Below, piece after piece: positions 28,776-39,209 of a stretch of DNA of 64,000 nucleotides (the stretch's first letter is position 1; each line of letters begins with the position of its first letter). The stretch lies in NCBI GenBank assembly GCA_035549855.1, contig DASZPY010000014.1:1015-65014 (forward strand). Direction: 5' to 3'. The DNA comes from Devosia sp. (GTDB taxonomy: Bacteria; Pseudomonadota; Alphaproteobacteria; Rhizobiales; Devosiaceae). The notes below the pieces were generated by a model that was not told where the DNA came from, made no database searches, and worked only from the letters and a program-made list of their open reading frames with translations. The translations under genes were made by a program, and so were the position numbers.

Positions 28776-30161
28776 CTACATGCCGACAGCGAGGGCCGGA
28801 CGCGCCGGCCGCTGGGCGCGGATTTCCTCGGCGACGAGGAATGCAAGCTCAAGCGCCTGCGAGGCATTCAGCCGGGGATCGCAGTAGGTGTGGTAGCGAT
28901 CCTGAAGGTTGGCCTCTGTGATCGCAGCGACACCGCCACCCGTGCATTCCGTGACATCGTCACCGGTCATTTCGATGTGGATGCCACCGGCATAAGTTCC
29001 CATCTGCCGGTGGATCTGGAAGAAGGAATGGACCTCGCCGAGCACTCTCTCGAAGGGTCGTGTCTTGTAACCGTTCGCCGCCTTGACCGTATTGCCGTGC
29101 ATCGGGTCCGAGCACCAGACGACCGTCCTGCCTTCGCGCTTGACCGTATCGATGATGCGCGGGAGATGTTCCTTCACCTTGTCCGATCCAAAGCGGCATA
29201 TCAGCGTGATCCGTCCCGGCTCGTCCGTGGGATTGAGCCGGTCGAGCAGGCGAACGAGATCATCGGACGAGAGTGTCGGACCGCATTTGATGCCGACTGG
29301 ATTCCTGATGCCCGAGAAATACTCGGCATGGGCGGCGTCAGGCTGGCGAGTCCGGTCCCCGATCCAGAGCATGTGGCCGCTGGTGGCGTACCAGTCGTTG
29401 GTGATCGAGTCGCGGCGCGTCAGTGCCTGCTCATAACCGAGAAGCAGCGCTTCGTGACTTGTATAGAACTTCGTTTCGCGCAGCGGCGGCGTATTGTCCG
29501 GCGTCAGACCGAGAGCACGCATGAAATCAATGGCATCGTCGATCTTCCTTGCGACTTCCTCGAAGCGCGGGAAGGCGGCGGAGTCCTTCATGAAGCCCAT
29601 GGTCCATTCGTGGACGCGCGCAAGATTGGCGTAGCCGCCAGTGGCAAAGGCGCGGAGCAGATTGAGCGTCGCCGCAGATTGCCGGTAGGCGAGAAGCAGG
29701 CGCTCGGGATCGGGCGTCCGCGCATCGGACGTAAAGCCGATGTCATTGATGATGTCGCCGCGATAGGAGGGCAGCGTCACCCCATCAATGGTCTCGGTGT
29801 CCGCTGAGCGGGGCTTGGCAAACTGGCCCGCAATGCGTCCGACCTTGACGACGGGCTTTCCAGCGCCGTGAGTGAGCACCACCGCCATCTGGAGGAACAC
29901 CCGAAAGAAATCGCGGATGTGATCGGCCCCGTGCTCCGCGAAGGACTCGGCGCAGTCGCCACCCTGCAGGAGGAATGCCTGTCCGCGCGCGACTTCGGCC
30001 AGCTGGGTCTTCAGCTCGCGCGCCTCGCCGGCGAAGACCAAGGGAGGAAAGGTCGACAGCTGCTTCTCGGCAGCGGCAAGCCTCGTGGCGTCCGGATAAT
30101 CCGGAACCTGTGAGATCGGCTTGCTGCGCCAGCTATCGGGAGTCCAGTTGCTCATGCTCAT
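28776..30161 (-). CDS. Class II DAHP synthase
   Basis: [42 protein letters not shown]. Confidence 0.96.
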   Translation of the reverse strand: MSMSNWTPDSWRSKPISQVPDYPDATRLAAAEKQLSTFPPLVFAGEARELKTQLAEVARGQAFLLQGGDCAESFAEHGADHIRDFFRVFLQMAVVLTHGAGKPVVKVGRIAGQFAKPRSADTETIDGVTLPSYRGDIINDIGFTSDARTPDPERLLLAYRQSAATLNLLRAFATGGYANLARVHEWTMGFMKDSAAFPRFEEVARKIDDAIDFMRALGLTPDNTPPLRETKFYTSHEALLLGYEQALTRRDSITNDWYATSGHMLWIGDRTRQPDAAHAEYFSGIRNPVGIKCGPTLSSDDLVRLLDRLNPTDEPGRITLICRFGSDKVKEHLPRIIDTVKREGRTVVWCSDPMHGNTVKAANGYKTRPFERVLGEVHSFFQIHRQMGTYAGGIHIEMTGDDVTECTGGGVAAITEANLQDRYHTYCDPRLNASQALELAFLVAEEIRAQRPARPALAVGM

Positions 30162-30217
30162 CCCTGTCCGGAGCGGGGTCTAGCAAGCGGGCACCGCCCT
30201 GCCAAGCGCGCCGAGGG

Positions 30218-31585
30218 TCAGACTTTGGTGCCGCCCCGGAAACGATAGGTGGGGCTGGCAAAGGTGACGAGTTCCTCTCCGGCCGTCGGATGCATGGCGA
30301 CCGCACGGTCGAAATCGGCCTTGGTGGCGCCCATTCCGAGGGGAATGGCGGCCATCTGGATCAACTCCGCGGCGCCCGGCCCTGCAATGTGAACGCCAAG
30401 AACCTTTCCGCCGTCAGGCGCCGTAATGAGCTTCATCATCATCCGCTCGAGCCTGTCGGTGAGGGTGATCATGAGCGGGCGAAACTTCGCGACATAGACG
30501 TCGATGTCACCATGAGTGCGGGCCTCGGCTTCCGTGAGGCCGATAGTCGCAATCTCGGGTTCCGAGAAGACCGCGGTGCCGACCAGCGAATGATCCACGG
30601 CGGTGGGGTTGTCCTTGAAGGCGGTCTGGACGAAGGCGACGGCGTCGCGAATGGCCACGGGGGTGAGTTGTACGCGACCGGTTACGTCCCCCACGGCGAA
30701 GATGTTGGGAACGTTCGTGCGCGAATAGTCATCCACGTCGATGAAGCCGTCTTCATCCAGCCTCACCCCGGCAGATTCCAATCCAAGCCCGGCCGTGTTC
30801 GCCTTCCGCCCGGTCGCAAACATCACGGCGCCAAAGGGTGCGTCCACGCCGTCGGAGAAGTGAGCGACGATGCCGTTGGCAGTCCATTCGAGGGCGCGAA
30901 TGGTGGTCTCGTAGATGAGCTTGATCCCACGCGTCCTGAGGCCCGCATCCAGTGCGTCGCGCAGGTCTTCATCGAAGCCGCGCAGGACCTTGTTGCCGCG
31001 ATAGACGATGGTCGTTTCGACGCCGAGCCCGGCGAAAATCGAGGCGAACTCCGCAGCGACGTAACCGCCGCCATCAATCAACATTGAGCGTGGTAATTGC
31101 AGAAGGTCGAATGCCTCCCTGGACGTGATCCCGAGTTCCTTGCCCGGCAGCTCCGGGACAAAGGGATGTCCGCCCGTCGCGAGAAGGATCGTTTCGGCCG
31201 TCAATTCCCGCCCCGAAGGCTCCAGGCGTACTGAATGGGGGCCGGTGAGGACCGCACGCTCCCGGATGATTTCGCCGCCGGGGTTCCTGACGGCGGCCTC
31301 ATAGGCCTTCTCGAGACGTTCGATTTCCCGGTTCTTGTTGGCCACCAGCGTCGGCCAATCGAAGGACGCCGAGACCGTCCAGCCATAGCTCTGGGAAATG
31401 TCGTGGAATTCGGAGAAGTGGGCGGCGTAGGCGAACAGCTTTTTGGGAATGCAGCCCCGGATGACGCAGGTGCCGCCCATCCGGTCGGCCTCAATCACCG
31501 CGATCTTCTTGCCCATCGCGGCGGACAAGCGGCCAGCGCGGACGCCGGCGGAGCCGCCTCCAATGATCAGCAAATCATAGTGCAA
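30218..31585 (-). CDS. gor: Glutathione reductase
   Basis: GGGSAG, GGTCVIRGCIPKK, QLTPVAI, HPTAGEE. Confidence 0.93.
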   Translation of the reverse strand: MHYDLLIIGGGSAGVRAGRLSAAMGKKIAVIEADRMGGTCVIRGCIPKKLFAYAAHFSEFHDISQSYGWTVSASFDWPTLVANKNREIERLEKAYEAAVRNPGGEIIRERAVLTGPHSVRLEPSGRELTAETILLATGGHPFVPELPGKELGITSREAFDLLQLPRSMLIDGGGYVAAEFASIFAGLGVETTIVYRGNKVLRGFDEDLRDALDAGLRTRGIKLIYETTIRALEWTANGIVAHFSDGVDAPFGAVMFATGRKANTAGLGLESAGVRLDEDGFIDVDDYSRTNVPNIFAVGDVTGRVQLTPVAIRDAVAFVQTAFKDNPTAVDHSLVGTAVFSEPEIATIGLTEAEARTHGDIDVYVAKFRPLMITLTDRLERMMMKLITAPDGGKVLGVHIAGPGAAELIQMAAIPLGMGATKADFDRAVAMHPTAGEELVTFASPTYRFRGGTKV

Positions 31586-31653
31586 TCGCGCTTCTCGCCT
31601 AGGGGCGGGTAAGCGGATTGCACAAACTCACCCGCCGCACAAGGCGATGCAGG

Positions 31654-32181
31654 CTAGATGGTTATGCCCTTTTCCTTGAGGTCGGCGCGCACCCGCCGCA
31701 CAAACTCGGCGCTCAGGTTGTTCTGGTAGACTTTGAGGACATCGTCGGTCGTCTTGGAAAGTTCGGGACTGGCCTGGGCCAGTTTCTGACCGACCGGACT
31801 CTCGTAAAACGCCACAATCTGCTGGAGTTCCTCAAGCGTAAAAACGGTGGCATAGACTCTCGCGATCTGATCGAGGAGATCGGACTCGTCGCCAGCGTAG
31901 GACTTGATCGTGCGGTCGACCGCGTCGGAAATGTCCTTTTCGATGTCGGCGTGGCCAACGGTCAAGGCTTTGAACGAGCCGATGGCGGTCTTCAGCACCA
32001 CGCCCCGAAACAGGTTGGAGGTGTTGATCAGGTCGACATATTTCCGCGCCAGCGCCAGTTGATCGGGCGGGATTTCCTGGGCGGCTGCGGGCGCGGCCAC
32101 GGACCCGGCCACTATCAGTGTCAGCACGACAAAGAGTGGCGCAGCCCAGCGACGAAGGCGCGACAAAGTACTGCTATTCAT
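31654..32181 (-). CDS. DUF2059-like secreted protein
   Basis: Signal peptide; YATVFTLEELQQIVAFYESPVGQK. Confidence 0.8.
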   Translation of the reverse strand: MNSSTLSRLRRWAAPLFVVLTLIVAGSVAAPAAAQEIPPDQLALARKYVDLINTSNLFRGVVLKTAIGSFKALTVGHADIEKDISDAVDRTIKSYAGDESDLLDQIARVYATVFTLEELQQIVAFYESPVGQKLAQASPELSKTTDDVLKVYQNNLSAEFVRRVRADLKEKGITI

Positions 32182-32210
32182 CCGTAACCCCCAATTGGCG
32201 CGGTCGGCGC

Positions 32211-32921
32211 TCAAACGTCCAGTGTTTCGATACCCGTCGGCCCGGCAATGTAAGCCCGATGACAAAGACCAAGAAAGAGGCCGTGTTCGACGACGCCGGG
32301 TACGGCCGAGAGGGCCGTCGCAAGCGCTTCTGGATTGGAAATACGGCCAAAAGAAGCATCCAGAATGAAGTGCCCCCCGTCGGTCATAAATGGCCCACCG
32401 CCTGGCGTCATCCGCTGCACCAGCGGCCCTTCGGCCCCAAACCGGTCCATGATCTTCCTGACCTGCCGCGACGTGGCCGCGAGCCCGAACGGATTGACTT
32501 CGATCGAGAGCGGGAACCTGCCCAAGGCGTCCACCAGCTTGCTGCTGTCGGCAATGACGATCATCCGCCTGGATGATGCCGCCACGATCTTTTCGCGAAG
32601 AAGCGCGCCGCCGGCCCCCTTGATCAAAGCGAGACGCGGTCCGATTTCGTCGGCACCGTCCACCGTGAGATCGAGTTCCGGGGCTTGGTCGAGCGTCGTC
32701 AGCGGGATGCCGAGGGCTGAGGCCTGCCTGGCGGTCGCCTCCGAGGTCGGCACGCCGACGCATCGAAGCCCCGCGGCGACTTTCTCAGCCAGCAGATCGA
32801 CGAAGTGCTTCGCCGTGGATCCCGTGCCGAGGCCGACGATCATGCCCGAATGGACTTCCGCAAGTGCGGCGCCGGCCGCCTCGCGCTTCCAGTGGTCAAT
32901 CCCGGACAGAGCCCCATTCAT
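32211..32921 (-). CDS. rpiA: Ribose-5-phosphate isomerase A
   Basis: [25 protein letters not shown]. Confidence 0.97.
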   Translation of the reverse strand: MNGALSGIDHWKREAAGAALAEVHSGMIVGLGTGSTAKHFVDLLAEKVAAGLRCVGVPTSEATARQASALGIPLTTLDQAPELDLTVDGADEIGPRLALIKGAGGALLREKIVAASSRRMIVIADSSKLVDALGRFPLSIEVNPFGLAATSRQVRKIMDRFGAEGPLVQRMTPGGGPFMTDGGHFILDASFGRISNPEALATALSAVPGVVEHGLFLGLCHRAYIAGPTGIETLDV

Positions 32922-33130
32922 GGCCTGCGGTGCTACGGTTGGTCCCCTGCGGTGTCAACGGCCACGATCACGCGTCGGTGATCGGAATTGTCGCTGGTTA
33001 GCAACAGAGTCGGAGTTAGCTGTGGCCATAAGGAGCGATTCATGGGTCGTGCTCTTTTCGCAACAGCATCCATTCGCTACTGATTTGAGGAACTGCCGGG
33101 GGGCATGCCCGTGCATGATCAGAGGCCAAA

Positions 33131-33727
33131 ATGAATAAAGTCGTCCAAGCTGCCGCAATATTGCTCGCGGTGATATTTTCCGTGACGGCGGTGACGCCCA
33201 GTTACGCCATCAAGTTCTTCAATCGGGATACGCTCGAATTTGAGGAACGGCCGACGGGAGCGGGGGCGCGGCGGCACAATTACAAGGCCATCCCGCGCGA
33301 GATCGTCCCATACGAGACCAGCTTCAAGCCCGGCACCATTGTCGTCGAGACCTCCGAGCGGCGGCTCTACTTCGTCCTTCCTGATGGCGAGGCGATCCGT
33401 TACGGAATCGGTGTCGGCCGCGATGGCTTCCGGTGGTCCGGCCAGCATAAGATCACCCGTAAGGCGGAGTGGCCCGGCTGGACCCCGCCGCCTGAAATGC
33501 GCAAGCGCGTTCCGGATCTCCCGGCCTACATGCCCGGCGGCCCCAACAATCCACTCGGTGCGCGGGCGCTCTATATCGGATCGACCCTCTATCGCCTGCA
33601 TGGCACGTCGGAGCCGTGGACGATCGGGCAAGCCGTCTCGTCCGGCTGCATCCGGCTGACCAATGAGGACATCATCGATCTCTACGACCGCACCAAGGTC
33701 GGCGCCCTGGTCGTTGTCCACCAATAA
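33131..33727 (+). CDS. L,D-transpeptidase (YkuD family)
   Basis: NPLGARALY, YRLHGT, SSGCIRL. Confidence 0.95.
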   Translation: MNKVVQAAAILLAVIFSVTAVTPSYAIKFFNRDTLEFEERPTGAGARRHNYKAIPREIVPYETSFKPGTIVVETSERRLYFVLPDGEAIRYGIGVGRDGFRWSGQHKITRKAEWPGWTPPPEMRKRVPDLPAYMPGGPNNPLGARALYIGSTLYRLHGTSEPWTIGQAVSSGCIRLTNEDIIDLYDRTKVGALVVVHQ

Positions 33728-33743
33728 CCTCCCACTTTCCCTG

Positions 33744-33772
33744 AAGGGCCGGTCTTCGGACCGGCCCTTTTT
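33744..33772 (+). terminator. Rho-independent terminator
   Basis: AAGGGCCGGTC-TTCG-GACCGGCCCTTTTT. Confidence 0.9.
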
Positions 33773-33809
33773 GTTTGGCGTCCGGTGGGCGCGGGCCTAG
33801 ATTGGCACC

Positions 33810-34835
33810 ATGACCGTTCTATTCGCGCAGGACAGTATCCGCCCCCAGCCCCTGGTCGACCGCTATGGGCGCACGATCAGCTATTTGCGGATTTCGGTGA
33901 CTGACCGCTGCGATCTGCGGTGCGTCTATTGCATGTCGGAGCATATGGAGTTTCTACCCAAAGCGGAGATCCTGAGCTTCGAAGAGATCGACAGCATTGC
34001 GAGCGCCTTCATCGCCCGCGGCACGAAGCGCATCCGCCTGACAGGTGGCGAACCGCTTGTCAGGCGAGACATTCTCGAGCTGATCGACAGGCTGGGACGG
34101 CGCATCGGCGACGGCCTCGACGAACTCACGCTCACCACCAACGGCACACAGCTCAGGCGCTATGCGCGGCGGCTGGCAGCGTCCGGTGTGAAGCGGATCA
34201 ACGTGTCGCTCGACACGCTCGATGAAGAGCGCTTCCGCGCCATCACGCGCCGTGGCCGCATCGCCGACACGCTGGATGGGATCGACGCCGCGGTGGAAGC
34301 GGGCCTTCGCGTCAAGATCAACATGGTGGCGATGCGCGGCGTCAATGACGACGAGATCGAGCCCATGATGGAGTGGGCGCATCAGCGAGGTTTCGGGCTG
34401 ACGCTGATCGAGGGCATGCCGTTGGGGGAAGTCGGAATCGACCGCGTCGAAAGCTATCTGCCGCTCAAGGAGATGCGTCAGCGGCTGGCCTCACGTTACA
34501 CATTGGAGCCGACGGAGCATCGCACGGGCGGGCCGGCACGATATGACTGGGTGAAAGAAACCAATGGCTTGCTCGGCTTCATTACGCCGATGAGTCACAA
34601 TTTCTGCGAGAGCTGCAATCGCGTGCGGCTGACCGCGACGGGCCAGCTCTATATGTGCCTCGGCCAGGACGCGATGGTCGATTTGCGCGCGGTATTGCGC
34701 GACGATCGGCCGGGCGGCCTCGATGCGGCGCTCGATCGCGCCATGCAGCTCAAGCCGAAGGGCCACGACTTCATACTCGATCGCGACCATCGCGGCCCCG
34801 CCCTCGCCCGCCACATGAATGTGACTGGCGGCTAA
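33810..34835 (+). CDS. moaA: GTP 3',8-cyclase
   Basis: [19 protein letters not shown]-terminal GG. Confidence 0.97.
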   Translation: MTVLFAQDSIRPQPLVDRYGRTISYLRISVTDRCDLRCVYCMSEHMEFLPKAEILSFEEIDSIASAFIARGTKRIRLTGGEPLVRRDILELIDRLGRRIGDGLDELTLTTNGTQLRRYARRLAASGVKRINVSLDTLDEERFRAITRRGRIADTLDGIDAAVEAGLRVKINMVAMRGVNDDEIEPMMEWAHQRGFGLTLIEGMPLGEVGIDRVESYLPLKEMRQRLASRYTLEPTEHRTGGPARYDWVKETNGLLGFITPMSHNFCESCNRVRLTATGQLYMCLGQDAMVDLRAVLRDDRPGGLDAALDRAMQLKPKGHDFILDRDHRGPALARHMNVTGG

Positions 34836-34836
34836 G

Positions 34837-35316
34837 CTATTTGTCGTCGTCCGCCACCTGCGCAAATTCGAGCGGCAGCGCCGTGGTGTACTTGATCTGC
34901 CCCATTGCGAAGGATGAACTGACGTCCGTCAGTGCGATCCGCGAGATCAGCTTCTTGTAAAAGGCGTCATAGGCCGCGATGTCGGGCACGACGACGCGCA
35001 ACAGATAGTCGACATCGCCGCTCATGCGGTAGAACTCGACCACCTCGGTCAGATCGTCGACCACCGACGCGAATTTGCGCATCCACGCATCGTTGTGCTC
35101 ATTGGTCTTGATGGACACGAACACGGTCACGCCGACATTGATTTTCGCGGGATCGAGGACCGCAACGCGGGCTTTGATGATGCCGTCTTCTTCCATTTTC
35201 TGGATGCGGCGCCAGCAGGGAGTGGTGGAAAGTCCAACCTTTCTGCCGATCTCCGCCACCGGAGTGGTGGCGTCCTTTTGAAGCAAAGCCAATATCTTGC
35301 GGTCGATCTTGTCCAC
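34837..35316 (-). CDS. Lrp/AsnC family regulator (DecR/YbaO-like)
   Basis: VGLSTTPCWRRIQKME, FYRMSGDVDYLL, IKYTTALP. Confidence 0.92.
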   Translation of the reverse strand: MDKIDRKILALLQKDATTPVAEIGRKVGLSTTPCWRRIQKMEEDGIIKARVAVLDPAKINVGVTVFVSIKTNEHNDAWMRKFASVVDDLTEVVEFYRMSGDVDYLLRVVVPDIAAYDAFYKKLISRIALTDVSSSFAMGQIKYTTALPLEFAQVADDDK

Positions 35317-35406
35317 GCGTAACCCCCAAAGCTCAATTGAAACCAGTTTGCGGGATAGGAGGCAAAATACTGCCCGCCGCGCAAAGACTCCCGCAGAAAA
35401 TTCATC

Positions 35407-35991
35407 TCAACGCAATTTTGTTGCGCCTGTCAACTGATTGAACAGGCCCTTGAGCCAGCCGAGCAGGTCAAATTGCTGGCTGTCGCCGTGGCGGGCGCGC
35501 CAGTCCGATGGGAGATCGAAGCGCCCGGCCCAGATGCCCCGCCCGGCGGTGCGCGCCGCGATTTGCTCGACCAGGTAATCGCCGTCCGTCACAGCGAGGC
35601 CGGCCGCGACCAGCGTGCGCCCGAGGTCGCCCTGCCCGGCGCTGCAACGGGCGAGAACCCGGCCGTAGCGGTCCCGACCGAAGGTCTCGCATTCGGTGGT
35701 CCTCTCGCCCAGTTCGCCGGCCAGCAGAAGGCGCGCCGCCTCGCCGCACCGCCAATTGGCGCCATTCCGATCGCCGCAGACCTGGTCATATTCGGGCGCA
35801 TCGATGCCGAGCAGGCGCACCCGTTCACCGGAAAGGCGAAGGCTGTCGCCGTCCGTCGCGGTCGCGCGGCCGGATAGCTTTGGGGAATCGGGCTGCAGCA
35901 GGGCCGCCGCAACCGCGATCAGACCAATCAGAAGCAGCGATCCAGCGATGCCGAGGAACCGGGATCTTGCGGGAAGGCGGGACGTCCTCAG
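35407..35991 (-). CDS. Thermonuclease (SNase-like) family protein; start uncertain
   Basis: TM then DGDSL, VRLLGIDAPE, DRYGRVLA, GIWAG; no in-frame ATG near the TM. Confidence 0.8.
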   Translation of the reverse strand: MRTSRLPARSRFLGIAGSLLLIGLIAVAAALLQPDSPKLSGRATATDGDSLRLSGERVRLLGIDAPEYDQVCGDRNGANWRCGEAARLLLAGELGERTTECETFGRDRYGRVLARCSAGQGDLGRTLVAAGLAVTDGDYLVEQIAARTAGRGIWAGRFDLPSDWRARHGDSQQFDLLGWLKGLFNQLTGATKLR

Positions 35992-36000
35992 GCCGCGGAT

Positions 36001-36017
36001 TTCACCACCTCTTAACC
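36001..36017 (+). promoter_or_regulatory. CtrA-like box
   Basis: TTCA-N7-TTAACC upstream of a DivJ/PleC-like kinase gene. Confidence 0.4.
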
Positions 36018-36092
36018 ACGACAAAGCTAGGGTCGGCGCAGCGTAGCGAAGGCCCGCCACCTTCGCATCATCGAGTTGTCGAGTACCGCGTA

Positions 36093-37640
36093 ATGCCCTT
36101 CGCGCACGCGCCGCAGGCCGATGTGCGTTCCCAGATGGGACGCGAGCGCCGCGGCACACCCCAAAAGACGGTGTTCGACGCAAGGCAGCGGCTGACTTCG
36201 TCTTCCGGAACGCGCGCCGATTTCGACTATGAGCTGCTGAACGATTATGCCGACGCCCGCATCTCGGGCGTCCTGGTCGTGCCGGCGGTGCTGGTGATTC
36301 TCGCAGGGTTCGCGAGCCTGTGGGCTCCCCTCTATGCGGTCCTTGCCTGGGCCGGAGCGACGGTGGTCATCAACTCGGCGGTCGTGCTGATCTGCCGCCG
36401 CTTCAAACGGGTCGTCCCATCGCGATTCCATGCGGCGCAATGGACGGCTACCTTCATCGCGGCTGAGACTGCCTATGGCGTCTGCTGGGCGCTGTTCACA
36501 CTCTTCGTCCTCGTCAGCAGCGACAGCCGGAACCTCGCCGTCATCATGTTCGCGATTGCGCTCGTGGGCATCGCATCGAACGCGGTCTCGACGCGCACCC
36601 TGCCTGGCGCGACGCTCATGAGTACCCTACCCACGGCGCTCACGGTCTCCATCAATCTCGTCGTGCTCGGCGGCACTCTCAACTGGTCGCTGGCGGCGGT
36701 GACGCTCGGCGCCGAGATTTTCTTCGTCTATCTCGCCCGCCAGCTGCATGCCTCAGAGCTCGAAACGATCGTGCATCAATCTGAAAAGGATGCGCTGATC
36801 AACGAGCTCGAAGAAGCGCGCGAAATGTCCGACGAAGCGCGCCGGCATGCCGAGCAGGCCAATGTCGCCAAGTCGCAGTTCCTCGCCACGATGAGCCATG
36901 AGCTGCGTACGCCGCTCAACGCCATCATCGGTTTTTCGGAAGTGCTGAAATCGGAGCTTCTCGGCCCGCACGCCGTTCCTCAGTACAAGGAATATGCCGG
37001 CGACATCCACGCCTCGGGCCAGCACTTGCTCAACCTCATCAACGAGCTGCTTGACCTCTCGCGCATCGAGGCGGGCAAGTACGAGCTGAACGAGGAGGCG
37101 GTCTCGCTGGCGGATATCGCCGAAGACTGCCGGCGCATGATGGAGATTCGCGCCAAGTCGAAAGGCATCGAGCTGACCTATACGGTCGGCAACAATTTGC
37201 CCAAGCTCTGGGGCGACGAGCGGGCGATCCGGCAGGTGGTGTTGAACCTGCTCTCCAATGCCATCAAGTTCACGCCGCAATCGGGCAAGGTGGCGCTCAT
37301 GGTTTCGCGCAGCGCCGATGGCGGCCAGATGATCTCGGTGCGCGACAACGGACCGGGCATACCGGACAGCGAAATGGAGCACGTCCTTTCGTCATTCGGC
37401 CAGGGCAGCCTTGCGCAGAAATCGGCGGAGCAGGGCGCTGGGCTCGGCCTGCCGATCGTACAGAAGATCATGGAACTGCATCAGGGCCGCTTCGACCTGT
37501 TCTCCAAGCTTCGCTTCGGGACGGAAGTCATCGCCACCTTTCCGCGTTCCCGCGTGATGGACGCGCTTGCCCCGGTGGTCGAACGGAAGCGGGGCCTGAA
37601 GATTTACACCGACAGCGAGCCCAAGAGCGCTGCGCGCTAG
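36093..37640 (+). CDS. Multi-TM sensor histidine kinase, DivJ/PleC-like H box
   Basis: Several TMs; FLATMSHELRTPLNAIIGF, NLLSNAIKF, DNGPG, GAGLGL. Confidence 0.9.
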   Translation: MPFAHAPQADVRSQMGRERRGTPQKTVFDARQRLTSSSGTRADFDYELLNDYADARISGVLVVPAVLVILAGFASLWAPLYAVLAWAGATVVINSAVVLICRRFKRVVPSRFHAAQWTATFIAAETAYGVCWALFTLFVLVSSDSRNLAVIMFAIALVGIASNAVSTRTLPGATLMSTLPTALTVSINLVVLGGTLNWSLAAVTLGAEIFFVYLARQLHASELETIVHQSEKDALINELEEAREMSDEARRHAEQANVAKSQFLATMSHELRTPLNAIIGFSEVLKSELLGPHAVPQYKEYAGDIHASGQHLLNLINELLDLSRIEAGKYELNEEAVSLADIAEDCRRMMEIRAKSKGIELTYTVGNNLPKLWGDERAIRQVVLNLLSNAIKFTPQSGKVALMVSRSADGGQMISVRDNGPGIPDSEMEHVLSSFGQGSLAQKSAEQGAGLGLPIVQKIMELHQGRFDLFSKLRFGTEVIATFPRSRVMDALAPVVERKRGLKIYTDSEPKSAAR

Positions 37641-37658
37641 ACTCGCCGCCCCTGGCGA

Positions 37659-38669
37659 CTAGGTCTTGTCGCTGACACCCGCGCTTGAGAATGTCGCCAT
37701 ATGCGCGTGCAGGTGCAGCGCGGTCTTTGCAAGCACGAGGCCGAGCGCCGCACCCGTCCCCTCGCCCAGGCGCATGCCGAGGTCGAGCAGCGGGGTGACG
37801 CCCATCGCCTCCAGGGCGCGCGCATGCGCCGTCTCGGCGGAGACATGGCCGAAGACGCAATGGCTGATTGCGTCGGGATTGACCGCATGCGCGATGGCCG
37901 CCGCCGTCGTTGCGACGAAGCCATCCACGAAGACCGGTATCTTCTGGTGGCGCGCGGCGACAAGAGCGCCGAGCATCGCGGCGATCTCGCGGCCCCCGAG
38001 GCGCGCGAGCATGGCCATGGGAGTCGTGAGATCGGCATGATGGAACGCCAAAGCGCGATCGACGGCGCTGGCCTTGCGGCCGAGACCCTGATCGTCAACG
38101 CCGGTCCCGCGCCCCACCCAATCGGCGCCGGCGCCGCCATAGAGCGCGGCGTAGATCGCAGCGGCGACGGTGGTGTTGCCGATCCCCATTTCGCCGATCG
38201 CGAGGGCATCGGGCTTGCCCGCGATCGCCTCCATGCCGAAGGCGATGGTTGCGGCGCAGGTGCGGTCATCCATCGCCGCCTCGCGCGTGATGTCGCCGGT
38301 CGGTACCTCGAGGGCCAGCTCGAAGACGCGCAGATTGAGCTCATGCAGGGCGCAGATCTGCGAGATCGCCGCTCCGCCATCGGTGAAGTTCTTGACCATC
38401 TGCGCGGTGACTTCGCGCGGGAAGGCGGACACGCCCTGGTCTGTGACGCCGTGATTGCCGGCGAAGATCGCGACCATCGGATTTTCGAGCGTCGGAGGAG
38501 ATTTGCCCTGCCATCGGGCAAGATGTTCGACGAGGGCCTCAAGCCGGCCGAGCGAACCGCGCGGCTTGGTCAGTTGCGCGTCATGAATGTGCACCGCATC
38601 GACGGCCTCTTCGCTGCCGGCAGGCGCAAGGGTGAGCAGATCGATGATGTCGGCGAATGCGTCGGACAT
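37659..38669 (-). CDS. cobT: Nicotinate-nucleotide--dimethylbenzimidazole phosphoribosyltransferase
   Basis: LTKPRGSLGRLE, GEMGIGNTT, MRLGEGTGA. Confidence 0.96.
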   Translation of the reverse strand: MSDAFADIIDLLTLAPAGSEEAVDAVHIHDAQLTKPRGSLGRLEALVEHLARWQGKSPPTLENPMVAIFAGNHGVTDQGVSAFPREVTAQMVKNFTDGGAAISQICALHELNLRVFELALEVPTGDITREAAMDDRTCAATIAFGMEAIAGKPDALAIGEMGIGNTTVAAAIYAALYGGAGADWVGRGTGVDDQGLGRKASAVDRALAFHHADLTTPMAMLARLGGREIAAMLGALVAARHQKIPVFVDGFVATTAAAIAHAVNPDAISHCVFGHVSAETAHARALEAMGVTPLLDLGMRLGEGTGAALGLVLAKTALHLHAHMATFSSAGVSDKT

Positions 38670-38672
38670 GGA

Positions 38673-39140
38673 TCAGGCAAGGCTCGCGAGGCGCTTGTTG
38701 ATGTCCGCTTCGCCCCAGCCCATGACGACATTGTGGTTCCAGCGGTAGACCGGACGCAGGACCGGCGCCAGTGCGACCTGCCACGGAATGGTGATATCGA
38801 TGTTCCAGTCGTAGCGGACATGGGTGCCGGCGCCGTCGCGGCGCAGAGTCCATAGGCCCGTGCCATCGAGTTCGCCCTTGGCGCGTCCTTCCAGAACGGA
38901 CATCGGTTCGATCCGCGTGGCCGTCATGTCGAAGCTCAACTCATAGGGCAGCGCGGTGCGCCAGGTGAAACGCCGAACCGCGCCGATGCCGTCGGGCCCG
39001 CCATTGGACAGAACCTCCACCTTCCGGACCGCCCGCCACCATTGCGGCCAGCTCTCTGGCCGCGATATTTCCGCCCAGACGCTTTCGAGCGGAAACGCCA
39101 GCCGCCATTCGCTTACAAGCTCGAAGCGGGTCGCGGGCAC
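38673..39140 (-). CDS. SRPBCC family protein
   Basis: VW..I..PESWPQWW, GELDGTGLW, WNHNVVM; GTG start inferred. Confidence 0.8.
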   Translation of the reverse strand: MPATRFELVSEWRLAFPLESVWAEISRPESWPQWWRAVRKVEVLSNGGPDGIGAVRRFTWRTALPYELSFDMTATRIEPMSVLEGRAKGELDGTGLWTLRRDGAGTHVRYDWNIDITIPWQVALAPVLRPVYRWNHNVVMGWGEADINKRLASLA

Positions 39141-39209
39141 GGCTTGCAAGGCTCCGGCGATTGGTGGGACAGTCGGGCGCCTTCTTAGACGAGCCGCAGG
39201 GAAAAGCAA

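Noticed and set aside
8491-35316. Apparent sulfur/thiol theme (cysQ, ATM1, cysS, gor, DecR-like regulator)
   Set aside because: Genes are scattered over separate transcription units among unrelated core genes; no evidence of one system.
35508-36092. 195-aa N-terminal extension of the kinase in the ORF track
   Set aside because: Overlaps the nuclease on the other strand and is low-complexity; ATG 36093 preferred.
39141-39209. Cobalamin riboswitch near cobT/cobS
   Set aside because: Spacer is too short and shows no convincing B12-box structure.
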